Part shown: in pieces, positions 39,467 to 48,123 of the stretch | Layout of the letters: the number at the start of each line of letters is the position of its first letter | How positions within the stretch are numbered: the stretch's first letter is position 1 | IMG/VR virus record: IMGVR_UViG_3300037477_000009 | Coordinates: 11,514 to 75,513 of that record | Strand: one strand, 5' to 3' | Length of the DNA stretch: 64,000 nt | Origin: a virus | Taxonomy: Duplodnaviria > Caudoviricetes | Position numbers and translations under genes: made by a program | The notes under the pieces: model-generated | The model's database searches: none | Told to the model about the DNA's origin: nothing | The model's input: only the letters and a program-made list of their open reading frames with translations

Positions 39467-39775
39467 ATGGAAAAACTTTTGCACCTCACCTTGTCCTCAC
39501 CAATGCCATTTGGCAAGTTCAAGAACCAGGCGATCAGAAATGTTCCATTATCCTACTGGACATGGCTCTACGACAACCCTGAAGCTGTAGATAACTGGTG
39601 GAACAGATCACTCAGGAAGTTCATCGAGAACAATATTGACCTGTTCCTGATCGAATGTGGTGGTGAGGTCACCGATGAGATCATCCTGGTGGTGCAAAGA
39701 ATACAACTCAACCTGATAAAAAGAAAGAAGCGATCTAAAAAACGCAATCACGTTGCAATGCCTGAGTTGTTCTAA
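39467..39775 (+). CDS. DUF3820-like / ExoX C-terminal-like domain protein
   Basis: MPFGKFKNQAIRNVPLSYWTWL motif. Confidence 0.6.
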   Translation: MEKLLHLTLSSPMPFGKFKNQAIRNVPLSYWTWLYDNPEAVDNWWNRSLRKFIENNIDLFLIECGGEVTDEIILVVQRIQLNLIKRKKRSKKRNHVAMPELF

Positions 39776-39887
39776 TCAAAACCGCAGAAAACCGCCATGC
39801 GGCTGTCTCCATCCGGTGATGAAACCTGCCTTCCTGGTTCAATCACGCAAATAACCGCAATATAATCCGCAAAAAAAGAGGCCACTA

Positions 39888-39912
39888 TAGAGAATAGCGG
39901 CCTGATTCTACT
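39888..39912 (-). terminator. Hairpin with adjacent A-run (U-tract on minus strand)
   Basis: AGGCCACTAT-AGAGA-ATAGCGGCCT preceded by AAAAAAAG. Confidence 0.45.
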
Positions 39913-40529
39913 TTAAAATTAAAAAAATGGATGGAAATATGCCAGTGCAAAGATATAGGTTATATCCTACAGGTGATACAGGCGATATGTAAAGAAAAAG
40001 CCTGATCTCAGGCCGTAAAGTAGCACCTGGTTTACTTTCGGCACTTTCGGCTGACTTTCGGGAAAGTAGTGTTATAGGCTGGATATCAATTATATCCTTA
40101 CTTAACTTGAAAACAGCCAATGAGGATAGGGAGAAGGGGTATTACCTGGTAACGTGGGGGCGGCGATCTCAAGCGGAATTCAAAAGCGCAGACCGAGTGG
40201 CATCCGGTTTCCAGCGATTCAAAAGTAAACCGAGATTTGTAACTTAATTCTCCAAGAACTAAATAGAATGTGAGTAAAAAGCTGATATTCAGCAAGGTAT
40301 TAAGGTAACATGGATCGTAGGTCACATCATAGGTAACTTCAGGTGGGGGAATAGTGCATCACTGCGCTCTGATCACCAGCAATACACATCATGGATCGCA
40401 CACTGGCTACTCGCATCATGGTTGCATCTGTATGCGGCTTCGCCTTTATCCCATCACCACTCACATCAGTGTATCACCATGCACCACTTGCATCATGGTT
40501 GCACACCACGTTCCACATGGAATTCCATG

Positions 40530-40823
40530 TCACTGGTCAAGGTCATCCCAATCTGTGCATCGCATTACTTGTGCTTGTTGTGTTGTGAGGATAGTGATGT
40601 CTGTATCTCTGCCTCCGCATGGCTTGGCGAATACATGATCACTCTTGCATAACCACACAATGGTTGATGCTTCACCTTCTGGAGTGATAAGCACATCATG
40701 TAATCGCACTGGTTGTGTGATCTGTGCTTGGATATGATTTATATCTTGAGGTAAAACACTGGCTGGAATCGCTTGTAATGCGATCACAGCAGCCAGTGAT
40801 TGAATGAAGTGTTTGCGATGCAT
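40530..40823 (-). CDS. Exported protein with Tat-like signal peptide
   Basis: MHRKHFIQSLAAVIALQA N-terminus. Confidence 0.45.
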   Translation of the reverse strand: MHRKHFIQSLAAVIALQAIPASVLPQDINHIQAQITQPVRLHDVLITPEGEASTIVWLCKSDHVFAKPCGGRDTDITILTTQQAQVMRCTDWDDLDQ

Positions 40824-40824
40824 T

Positions 40825-40983
40825 TTATATTTTGATCAAGCCACTTCCGTTGACTAAGATCAGGATGATGATCAGCAGTATGATAATGTTCAATGCCTTT
40901 TGGTTGACCACTGTTGGCGCAACCAGTATAAGCACAAGCAATATCACTGTAACCACCAGTAGAATGATGAGAAGTATTGACAT
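40825..40983 (-). CDS. Very hydrophobic small membrane protein (2 TM)
   Basis: MSILLIILLVVTVILLVLILVAPTVVNQKALNIIILLIIILILVNGSGLIKI. Confidence 0.55.
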   Translation of the reverse strand: MSILLIILLVVTVILLVLILVAPTVVNQKALNIIILLIIILILVNGSGLIKI

Positions 40984-40993
40984 GATGATTGGT

Positions 40994-41536
40994 TTACACT
41001 GGTTGTTTGAACACTGCACCAGCAAGCCATGCTGACCATGCAATGCCATCGCCACTATCAATCGTATCTGCCTTGTAACTATCACCAGCTTTCTGTGCAG
41101 TCAGATGAGCGACACGCACATCCCATGTGCCATCAGGTATCTCACCATTGCATTGCTTACCATTGTTGATGAAGCGAGTGATCAATGGCACTCTGCTAAA
41201 CTGCTTGATCTCTACACCACCACTTGGCTCAGTCTGGCCACCACCAGTCCACTGTACCACTGTGATCACAACAATCCGGTCATCTGTTGCATCATCTGGA
41301 GTTAATGCACCAAGATCATCTGGAGTTGGTAATGTCCACTCAAGTTCATTCTCTGCTGGATGAGTTACCACTGGCGCAGCAATGAGCAATGCACCGACTG
41401 ATGCACCACTCTTGGTTGATTTTTTACTCTTTGGTTTGCTTGCTTCTGCCACTGGTATACCACTGACGTTAGACAAGTCTTTTGCATAGTCCTCAACATT
41501 TTCTTTTGCCATTAGTTTGTGTTTTTTCATTGACAA
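40994..41536 (-). CDS. Hypothetical protein (basic N-terminus, beta-sandwich-like C-terminus)
   Basis: 180-aa ORF. Confidence 0.6.
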   Translation of the reverse strand: MSMKKHKLMAKENVEDYAKDLSNVSGIPVAEASKPKSKKSTKSGASVGALLIAAPVVTHPAENELEWTLPTPDDLGALTPDDATDDRIVVITVVQWTGGGQTEPSGGVEIKQFSRVPLITRFINNGKQCNGEIPDGTWDVRVAHLTAQKAGDSYKADTIDSGDGIAWSAWLAGAVFKQPV

Positions 41537-41641
41537 ATCAATTTACAAATTACGATCCAATATTGTTTGCACTGGTTATGCACAATGCAACCAGTGTTCA
41601 TTTTTCTTTTGCACAGGATATAAACAATATCCATTGTAAAT

Positions 41642-42076
41642 TTGATCATGTACATACCAGTGCAAGACTTCAGATATCTTAAACGATTTTGTTACTTCGA
41701 TACTACACTGGAGAAGTATAATCGCAAAGCCATGATGCGTCTCAATCGCACTCAGGTATTACTGCTGTATACACTCTATGATCTCACTCGTAAGAAACCA
41801 ACAGCAACAGCACCTTTCATTGGTAAATACTTTCTTGTATCAAAGAGCAAACGCAGTGCAAGATTTCATACAGTCAAACAATTGCACATACTGGAAGTAG
41901 CAGAACTTGTGTTGCATATCACTGATAAAAATGGATTCTATCATTGGTCATTAACACTGCTTGGTCACAATACACTCAAAGCAATTGAACGCATGATTCG
42001 CAAACAAGAAAATGTTTCAAAGATCAGTTCTCGATCCTCTGTCTTAACTCAATTATTCTCCTCTCAAAACAAGTGA
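41642..42076 (+). CDS. Hypothetical protein, possible winged-HTH
   Basis: 144 aa; LTLLGHNTL wing-like C-terminus. Confidence 0.45.
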   Translation: MIMYIPVQDFRYLKRFCYFDTTLEKYNRKAMMRLNRTQVLLLYTLYDLTRKKPTATAPFIGKYFLVSKSKRSARFHTVKQLHILEVAELVLHITDKNGFYHWSLTLLGHNTLKAIERMIRKQENVSKISSRSSVLTQLFSSQNK

Positions 42077-42428
42077 TAATACCTGGCTTTGTGTGTATTT
42101 GATTGTGACATTGCCAACACAGTATTGCGATGTTATCTGGATCATATCTTAGCAATGGAAATTTTGATTTCTCCAATAGATGATGGAAGTTGAATAACTG
42201 TGGCTCATGGATAATATTCTCACATCCTACTGCCTGACATTTGTTGCTCGTTCTATTGAGCCAGACATCCATGTAAAAATCAATATCATCTTGCTTCCTC
42301 TCACGAAACATATGTTGCTTCACTCTTACAGATGCTGATGTTGCACATCGTTTGCATCTCCCATGAGAGAAGATCAGTCTCATCTTGTGACATTCAATGC
42401 ACTCTTTTGGTTTCTGTCTGATAGCCAT
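42024..42428 (-). CDS. HNH endonuclease (NinG/Rap-like)
   Basis: CIECH...CKRC, CQAVGC...FHHLLEKSKFPLLRYDPDNIAILCWQCHNQIH. Confidence 0.8.
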   Translation of the reverse strand: MAIRQKPKECIECHKMRLIFSHGRCKRCATSASVRVKQHMFRERKQDDIDFYMDVWLNRTSNKCQAVGCENIIHEPQLFNFHHLLEKSKFPLLRYDPDNIAILCWQCHNQIHTKPGIITCFERRIIELRQRIEN

Positions 42429-42584
42429 TTTACCAATGAGAATTGATTGTTATAGCAAGATATAATTTATATCCATTCATTGATCAAAACGTGAGGTCGA
42501 TAGTTTTTTCCATAGAATTATGTGGATAACTTTTTGGATCTTTTTTTTGCTACGTTAAAGAATTGGATATCAAATATATCTGAG

Positions 42585-43023
42585 GCATACAGTCCACAGT
42601 AAAAACTTACACTGGCGGTTGATGCTATGTGGTATACAGTCCACAGCTATCTTTGTGGGAGTTCTTTGATAGGCCAGTTGGAAGCCAGATACCACGACAA
42701 AACGGTCAAACTCGCTCTGAGACTACGTTTCAGACGATCCTCACTCCGAAAATTGTCAGGTAGATCACACTTGATCACTGGTTGTACAACGGAAACAGCG
42801 CAAGACAGACTTGAAGAATACTCTAACGGAGATTCGCACAGACAGCAGCCACCACGTTTCATTTCTCATAGGAGAAAGTAAGCAAACGGATTCTGCAAAG
42901 ACTAAATGTTCACGATGTAATATCGTTCACTGTGTACGAAAATTTTTCACTGACACTGCGCCCTTCATTCACCAGCTTTCGATTTATCACTGCTGTGTGT
43001 GGTCTTGAGGCCAGATGATTGTA
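42585..43023 (+). ncRNA. Candidate long structured non-coding leader RNA
   Basis: Multiple hairpins, 13-bp direct repeat ATACAGTCCACAG, ends at the hammerhead; only weak ORFs. Confidence 0.4.
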
Positions 43024-43073
43024 TCGTACAATGGTAATCGCCATTGCTGATGAGACTATACAAGTCGAAACGG
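43024..43073 (+). ncRNA. Type III hammerhead ribozyme
   Basis: TCGTA | CAATGG-TAATCG-CCATTG | CTGATGA | GACT-ATACA-AGTC | GAAA-CGG: intact core, 6-bp stem I, 4-bp stem II, 4-bp stem III; GUA cleavage after 43028. Confidence 0.88.
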
Positions 43074-43095
43074 AAAAAAAATAAACTATACAGAT

Positions 43096-44088
43096 ATGTC
43101 AATGGAATTAATCAACATCGCAATTGCAAATGATGCAGATTTTTGGGTGAGTATGTCAGGTGGAAAAGATAGTGAAGCAACAGCACTCACACTGAGAGCA
43201 AATAACATCAGGATCGCTGGTGGAGTTCATGCTGATCTCGGTAGACTGGAGCATAAAGAATCAGGTGATCAATGTCAGCAGTTAGCTGCTGAGTTAGGCA
43301 TTCCACTGGTAGTAGTGAGAAGAACAGATGGTGCAGATATGTTAACTCACTGGAGAAACAGAATGCTGAAGTTGAAATCACAGGGTAAGATCAACGTAGG
43401 TGGTAAGACTACCCCATTCTGGAGTTCATCTGGCGCACGTTATTGCACCAGTGATATGAAGCGTGAGCCGATCAACAAACACTTCCGTAGTGTAAAAAAT
43501 AATCTCATCGTTTCGTGTGAGGGTATCAGAGCGGATGAAGGGGATGCGAGAAAATTCAAATCACCAATAGCAGTTAGATGGGCAATCACATCTGAGTATT
43601 ACATGAAGTTCGCTGGAGTTGCAGTAAGAGTGAAGCAGATAAAAAAATTGAATGATTCAGCAAAAGCAATGAAGTCATCCAATCCACTCAAAGCAAAAAA
43701 ATATAGCCAGATCGCAGTGTTGGAAAGAGAAGTGCTGGAGATTGTTCTACCAGTATACAATCCAAAAAAGCGTTTGGCTATTACATGGTTTCCAATTTTC
43801 AATTTCACTACTGATGAAGTGTGGGCAACAAGAGGACACACCAGTGCAGATTTGCAAGCAGCAAGAATTGAATTCAAGCAGACTGGTAAAGCAAATGACT
43901 GGAGATTTCATCCAGCATATGCGAAGGGAAACAACAGGGTATCATGTGTGTTCTGTGTGATGGGTTGCAGTAATGATCTCGCAGTAGGCGCAAAACATTA
44001 TCCTGAGTTACTCAAGGAAATGATTGCACTGGAGAAAGAAGGTAACGCAACATTCAAGGATGGTGAATCACTGGAGAGATATTTATAA
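43096..44088 (+). CDS. PAPS-reductase-like PP-loop (ANH) protein with Fe-S Cys motifs
   Basis: VSMSGGKDS, ARYCTSDMK, EGIRADE, PIFNFTTDEVW, HPAY...RVSCVFC. Confidence 0.85.
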   Translation: MSMELINIAIANDADFWVSMSGGKDSEATALTLRANNIRIAGGVHADLGRLEHKESGDQCQQLAAELGIPLVVVRRTDGADMLTHWRNRMLKLKSQGKINVGGKTTPFWSSSGARYCTSDMKREPINKHFRSVKNNLIVSCEGIRADEGDARKFKSPIAVRWAITSEYYMKFAGVAVRVKQIKKLNDSAKAMKSSNPLKAKKYSQIAVLEREVLEIVLPVYNPKKRLAITWFPIFNFTTDEVWATRGHTSADLQAARIEFKQTGKANDWRFHPAYAKGNNRVSCVFCVMGCSNDLAVGAKHYPELLKEMIALEKEGNATFKDGESLERYL

Positions 44089-44095
44089 GTTCAAT

Positions 44096-44135
44096 GGGTA
44101 GCAGTGTATGCTGTGAGATTCAAATCTAACTACCC
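44096..44135 (+). ncRNA. tRNA-like T-loop element 1
   Basis: GGGTAG/CTACCC; CAG-TGTATG-CTG; AGA-TTCAAA-TCT. Confidence 0.7.
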
Positions 44136-44167
44136 ACTAATATTTAATCAACAAAAAAAACAGACAA

Positions 44168-44647
44168 ATGAACACAAAAATTGAATGCCCAAAATGTGGC
44201 CGCACAAATTGTACAACAATTGATAACGAGCCATTGAGCCATGACAAAGAGTGGTTAACCAAAAATGGTATGCAGTTCGATAACCAGTTGTATGTATTCT
44301 TCCGGTGCAATGACTGCGACAATAGGTTTCGTGGTACACTGGAGATAATCACACAGAGTGAACACAAGGCACTCACTGGTCTACAGAGCAAGTTTCCAAA
44401 TGGCTTTGCTTCATGGATAGAAACGCATCACGAAGTTGTGGCCATTATAACCAACGAACTTAGAAAAAATGAAAGAGAAGGATCGGTTATCTGGAAGAGA
44501 CAAATCGAACAAGGCACTGGTGGTATGTTTGAGTTAGCAGAAGAGTGGACAGATGAATTTGAAAAGAAGAACATAGATAGAGAATGGGATGGTGAATTCT
44601 TTGAAGAGGTTGAAGATTTCTGTATCGCAAAAGACAAAGCAAATTAA
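44168..44647 (+). CDS. Zinc-ribbon-containing hypothetical protein
   Basis: CPKCG...CNDC. Confidence 0.7.
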   Translation: MNTKIECPKCGRTNCTTIDNEPLSHDKEWLTKNGMQFDNQLYVFFRCNDCDNRFRGTLEIITQSEHKALTGLQSKFPNGFASWIETHHEVVAIITNELRKNEREGSVIWKRQIEQGTGGMFELAEEWTDEFEKKNIDREWDGEFFEEVEDFCIAKDKAN

Positions 44648-44653
44648 TCACAC

Positions 44654-44697
44654 TGGCTGCATCGCTATAGGCACACCATCGAATGGTAATGCAGCCA
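44654..44697 (+). ncRNA. tRNA-like T-loop element 2
   Basis: TGGCTGCAT/ATGCAGCCA; ACCA-TCGAA-TGGT. Confidence 0.7.
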
Positions 44698-44730
44698 CTA
44701 ACAAATTTCAAAAACAAAAAAGCAAACACA

Positions 44731-44970
44731 ATGAAAAGTTTAATCGCAATCGCAGCAGTAATCATGTTATCATCATTCACCAATGGTGATCATTGCAAGG
44801 GTAAAAAGAAAGATGGCACACCATGTCAATCTACAATCGTAAGCAAAGCCACTGGCTATTGCAATGCACACAATCCAAACGCAAAGAAGTGTGTGTTCAT
44901 CAAGAAAGATGGAGAGCGTTGTAAGATGACTGTAAAGGCCACAGAGACACTTTGCAGATTCCACAAGTAA
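44731..44970 (+). CDS. Small secreted protein with two C-x9-C...C-x2-H repeats
   Basis: Signal peptide MKSLIAIAAVIMLSSF; CKGKKKDGTPC...CNAH and CVFIKKDGERC...CRFH. Confidence 0.7.
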   Translation: MKSLIAIAAVIMLSSFTNGDHCKGKKKDGTPCQSTIVSKATGYCNAHNPNAKKCVFIKKDGERCKMTVKATETLCRFHK

Positions 44971-44977
44971 ATGGTAA

Positions 44978-45038
44978 GGGTAGCAGAATAGGATCGCCAG
45001 TGCGATCTTATTGCTGTGAGATTCGATTCTAACTACCC
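44978..45038 (+). ncRNA. tRNA-like T-loop element 3
   Basis: GGGTAG/CTACCC; long arm AATAGGATCGC-CAGT-GCGATCTTATT; AGA-TTCGAT-TCT. Confidence 0.75.
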
Positions 45039-45072
45039 ACTAACAATTATTCAATCTTAAAATTTAATCGAC

Positions 45073-45810
45073 ATGACAACAGATCAGTTATTGCAAGCAG
45101 CATTTTATGCACTCAATGAAATTCCAAACAAAGAGATCAGTGGTGAATTCAAAAACAGTTATGCACTGGCAGCAGCACTTGGTAATCATCTTAGGAAAGA
45201 AGATGATGCATCGTATCTCCTGACGTTCACATTGCGTACCACATACAAGGATGGAGTGAAGGACAATGATTACACTGAAATATTCTGTGATGAATCAGAA
45301 GGTCGCACACCAAAGCAACAGGCACATGAAAGGATGGAAATGTTACGCAGCCAGTATGATTCCATGTATAGCAAGACAGAGATGTACACTTGGAACATCG
45401 CTAAGATCACAAGCACCAGCGAACATTACAACTTAGGTAATGAGCCAGCACCAGTGCAACCAGCAGATGATCTCGTTACACTGGAGAGAGGCGCAGAGAT
45501 AAAGCAAGAGCAACCATCACTTACGTTTGAAGTAAGATCATCACATGGCACACTCACTGCTGCTAAATCAAATGGTGCAGTTGTGAATTGTGTGCTGAAT
45601 GATAACGAAGATGAAGATGGACACTCACTACTTGATATCACCAAGTTCGATGTGAAAGAGTTTCGCACCTATCATAACATCGGCATCGATGCAATGCCTG
45701 ATAGTATCGACATACTCGATCTTGGTTACTGGTATGATAACGGAATTGGATTATACGAATCACCGGATGGTGACTGGAGAGAGATGATGATCAACATCGC
45801 AGATGACTAA
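45073..45810 (+). CDS. Acidic hypothetical protein
   Basis: 245 aa. Confidence 0.7.
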   Translation: MTTDQLLQAAFYALNEIPNKEISGEFKNSYALAAALGNHLRKEDDASYLLTFTLRTTYKDGVKDNDYTEIFCDESEGRTPKQQAHERMEMLRSQYDSMYSKTEMYTWNIAKITSTSEHYNLGNEPAPVQPADDLVTLERGAEIKQEQPSLTFEVRSSHGTLTAAKSNGAVVNCVLNDNEDEDGHSLLDITKFDVKEFRTYHNIGIDAMPDSIDILDLGYWYDNGIGLYESPDGDWREMMINIADD

Positions 45811-45819
45811 ATGATCTCA

Positions 45820-45862
45820 GGGTAGCAGAACGAAAGTTGCTGTGGATCGAATCCAACTACCC
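45820..45862 (+). ncRNA. tRNA-like T-loop element 4
   Basis: GGGTAG/CTACCC; CAGAAC-GAAA-GTTGCTG (GNRA loop); GG-ATCGAAT-CC. Confidence 0.75.
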
Positions 45863-45895
45863 ACTAAATATTTAATCAACAAAAACAAACGACAA

Positions 45896-46435
45896 ATGAC
45901 AGTTAATCCAAGTCTCACTCCAGAGACTTTAAAAGCAACAGATGAAATGATAGATGCAGCCAATGCGCTGATCTTAGCAACAGCCTATGCCAGTGTAGTA
46001 ACTCCAGTGGTAGAAAAAATCCACCAAGATGTGCTAAACGAAAATCGTTATGCATGGGATATGAAAATTGTATTCTGTGGCCGTAGATCGGAGAGTGACA
46101 AAGTAAACTTCCTGAAAGAGAATGGTGAGTATTGCAGCAAGCCATCACTTGTCCAACTTACAGGCAGCAAGAACTTCAATGACTACTTCGTTCAGGTAGC
46201 AAAAAAACTTGCACTGGCTGGCTTTGAAGTGAATGATGATGTATGCCCAATGCTGGAAGCAATAGATTTAGAATGGAAGGCGAAGAAGGTGCTTATCGAT
46301 ACCATGCAACCAACTACTGGTTTCAAGTACGATGACTTCTTCAAGACAACGAAGTGGAAAGAACATATCGAGAGGTATGTTGATCTACTCTTGAGGTGGC
46401 TTGCACCACATCTCAGGAACACACTGGTAAAATAA
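45896..46435 (+). CDS. Hypothetical protein
   Basis: Start reassigned to MTVNPS after the element leader. Confidence 0.7.
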   Translation: MTVNPSLTPETLKATDEMIDAANALILATAYASVVTPVVEKIHQDVLNENRYAWDMKIVFCGRRSESDKVNFLKENGEYCSKPSLVQLTGSKNFNDYFVQVAKKLALAGFEVNDDVCPMLEAIDLEWKAKKVLIDTMQPTTGFKYDDFFKTTKWKEHIERYVDLLLRWLAPHLRNTLVK

Positions 46436-46462
46436 TTTAATCAATCTTAAAATTTAATCGAC

Positions 46463-46765
46463 ATGAACAAAGTAGCATTTAAAGAAACAGACATTTTTTG
46501 GCAACCGGAAATCACCGAAGATGGTGATGGGGTAATCGGCCATGAAGATGAAGAGTATTTATTTTCATTTGAAGTATGGAGTACGTTAAGAAATCTTTTA
46601 AAGGATTATCCTAACTGTGAACCAGTGGAACACGAAAGAAGTGAGTTTGATATAGAGTATCCAAATTTTGTAGATGAGGTCGCATTCAATTCGCCTCCAG
46701 ACAGATCAACAGAAGATGAGTTGATCATCTTGGAGTTGTTATGGAAGTGCGAGATGGAATCATAA
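46463..46765 (+). CDS. Acidic hypothetical protein
   Basis: 100 aa; leader TCAATCTTAAAATTTAATCGACATG identical to that of 45073. Confidence 0.65.
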   Translation: MNKVAFKETDIFWQPEITEDGDGVIGHEDEEYLFSFEVWSTLRNLLKDYPNCEPVEHERSEFDIEYPNFVDEVAFNSPPDRSTEDELIILELLWKCEMES

Positions 46766-46771
46766 GATCAC

Positions 46772-46818
46772 TGGACTGGCTGGTTAATTCGCAGTAGCAT
46801 TTCAATTGCACCAGTCCA
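46772..46818 (+). ncRNA. tRNA-like T-loop element 5
   Basis: TGGACTGG/CCAGTCCA; CTG..CAG arm (swapped relative to CAG..CTG); GCA-TTTCAAT-TGC. Confidence 0.7.
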
Positions 46819-46851
46819 CTAAACAATTCAATCATTTAAAATTTAATCGAC

Positions 46852-47220
46852 ATGACAACAAAGCAGACAATCGACATCACCCCAAGATGGGCAGAGTTAT
46901 TACCAGCAATGCTTCAATTGCACAGGCAGTACAATAAGAAGCGTAAGCCTACACTGGAAGATGCAAAGTGGTATGAAACATTGCTTGCAGAATTCAAGAC
47001 GATGGCATTCGCTGCTGACAAGTGGAATGCACATGAGAAACTCAACACTGGTGAGGTAAAGACAGATCATTACAACACACTGGTGAAGATCACTGGTGGT
47101 AGTTATGATAGCATCGGCAGATACTTCTATGCGCACATCGACCAATTGAATCGTGCATGGATCAACATACCAGCAGGAGTGTATGATGCAAACAAATTTG
47201 AGATCGTAGCAGGTCAATAA
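46852..47220 (+). CDS. Hypothetical protein
   Basis: IDITPRWAELLPAM...MAFAADKWN. Confidence 0.7.
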   Translation: MTTKQTIDITPRWAELLPAMLQLHRQYNKKRKPTLEDAKWYETLLAEFKTMAFAADKWNAHEKLNTGEVKTDHYNTLVKITGGSYDSIGRYFYAHIDQLNRAWINIPAGVYDANKFEIVAGQ

Positions 47221-47228
47221 GATCACAC

Positions 47229-47275
47229 TGGACTGTTCAGGTTAACTCGCTGTGGCACTCGATGCAAGCAGTCCA
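47229..47275 (+). ncRNA. tRNA-like T-loop element 6
   Basis: TGGACTG/CAGTCCA; CAG..CTG arm; GCA-CTCGA-TGC. Confidence 0.7.
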
Positions 47276-47307
47276 CGAAATATTTAATCACAAAAATTAA
47301 ATGACAA

Positions 47308-48036
47308 ATGCCGACACAAAAAGAAATGGAAACTTATCCAGACACTTGCGATAAGTTAATCGTATCGCTTTACGATTCATCAGAAGCATGGCCACAGCCA
47401 TATGCTGATGCAGGGTATCCTGTAATGTTTTGGGATATGAATCACGAAGGTGATATCATTCACCACTGGTCAACATTCATGGACAACATTGAAGAAGCAA
47501 TCGAAGAAGGTTATTATCCGTATGGCCTACTGGCAGCACCACCATGCGATCATTTCGCTTCCAGTGGTGCAAGGTGGTGGAAAGAGAAAGATGCCAGTAC
47601 AGAGCGTGTAGGCCACAAGGACATTGCCGAAAACAATGTTGACTTGGGAGTGCTGCTTGCTGAGATACCGATGCTGATATTGGATCAGGTAGAACAACAC
47701 TTCGGTTATGAATTCAAGTGGTGGGCATTAGAGAATCCTGTTGGCCGTATTGAGAAAATGTGTCCAGACTTAAAGCCATACAGAAAGATGATGTTCGATC
47801 CATGTGACTATGGCGATCCATATACCAAGAAAACTATTCTATGGGGAACATTCAATCCCGATCTTCCCAAGACACCAGTAGAGCCAGAGTACGTTACCTA
47901 TGTGAAGAAGGATGGATCGCTCACAAGGTTTGCACCACAGTTTGGTCGCACTGGTGGTAAGTCTGCAAAGACAAAAGCGATCAGGAGTAAAACACCAAGC
48001 GGATTTGCCAAAGCGTTTTTCCAAGCAAATCAATAG
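47308..48036 (+). CDS. DNA cytosine-C5 methyltransferase-like protein
   Basis: Catalytic LAAPPCDHF, ALENPVG, FDPCDYGDPYTKKT; degenerate SAM motif (SLYDSSEAW). Confidence 0.75.
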   Translation: MPTQKEMETYPDTCDKLIVSLYDSSEAWPQPYADAGYPVMFWDMNHEGDIIHHWSTFMDNIEEAIEEGYYPYGLLAAPPCDHFASSGARWWKEKDASTERVGHKDIAENNVDLGVLLAEIPMLILDQVEQHFGYEFKWWALENPVGRIEKMCPDLKPYRKMMFDPCDYGDPYTKKTILWGTFNPDLPKTPVEPEYVTYVKKDGSLTRFAPQFGRTGGKSAKTKAIRSKTPSGFAKAFFQANQ

Positions 48037-48052
48037 GCCAGGTAGATGATGA

Positions 48053-48093
48053 TGGACTGCGATCAGGTCGTGGAGTTCAAACTCGACAGTCCA
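48053..48093 (+). ncRNA. tRNA-like T-loop element 7
   Basis: TGGACTG/CAGTCCA; CGAT-CAG-GTCG; GAG-TTCAAA-CTC. Confidence 0.7.
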
Positions 48094-48123
48094 CTAAATA
48101 TTTAATCAACAAACGACAAGACA

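Noticed and set aside
42584-42910. Group I intron-like words (GGCATACAGTCC S-like, CAGCAGCC Q-like, GCAAAGACTAAATG R-like) suggesting a permuted group I intron
   Set aside because: P7 would contain an A-C mismatch, the S-like words carry 2 extra nt, and I could not build a convincing P3. Kept only as part of the unknown ncRNA finding.
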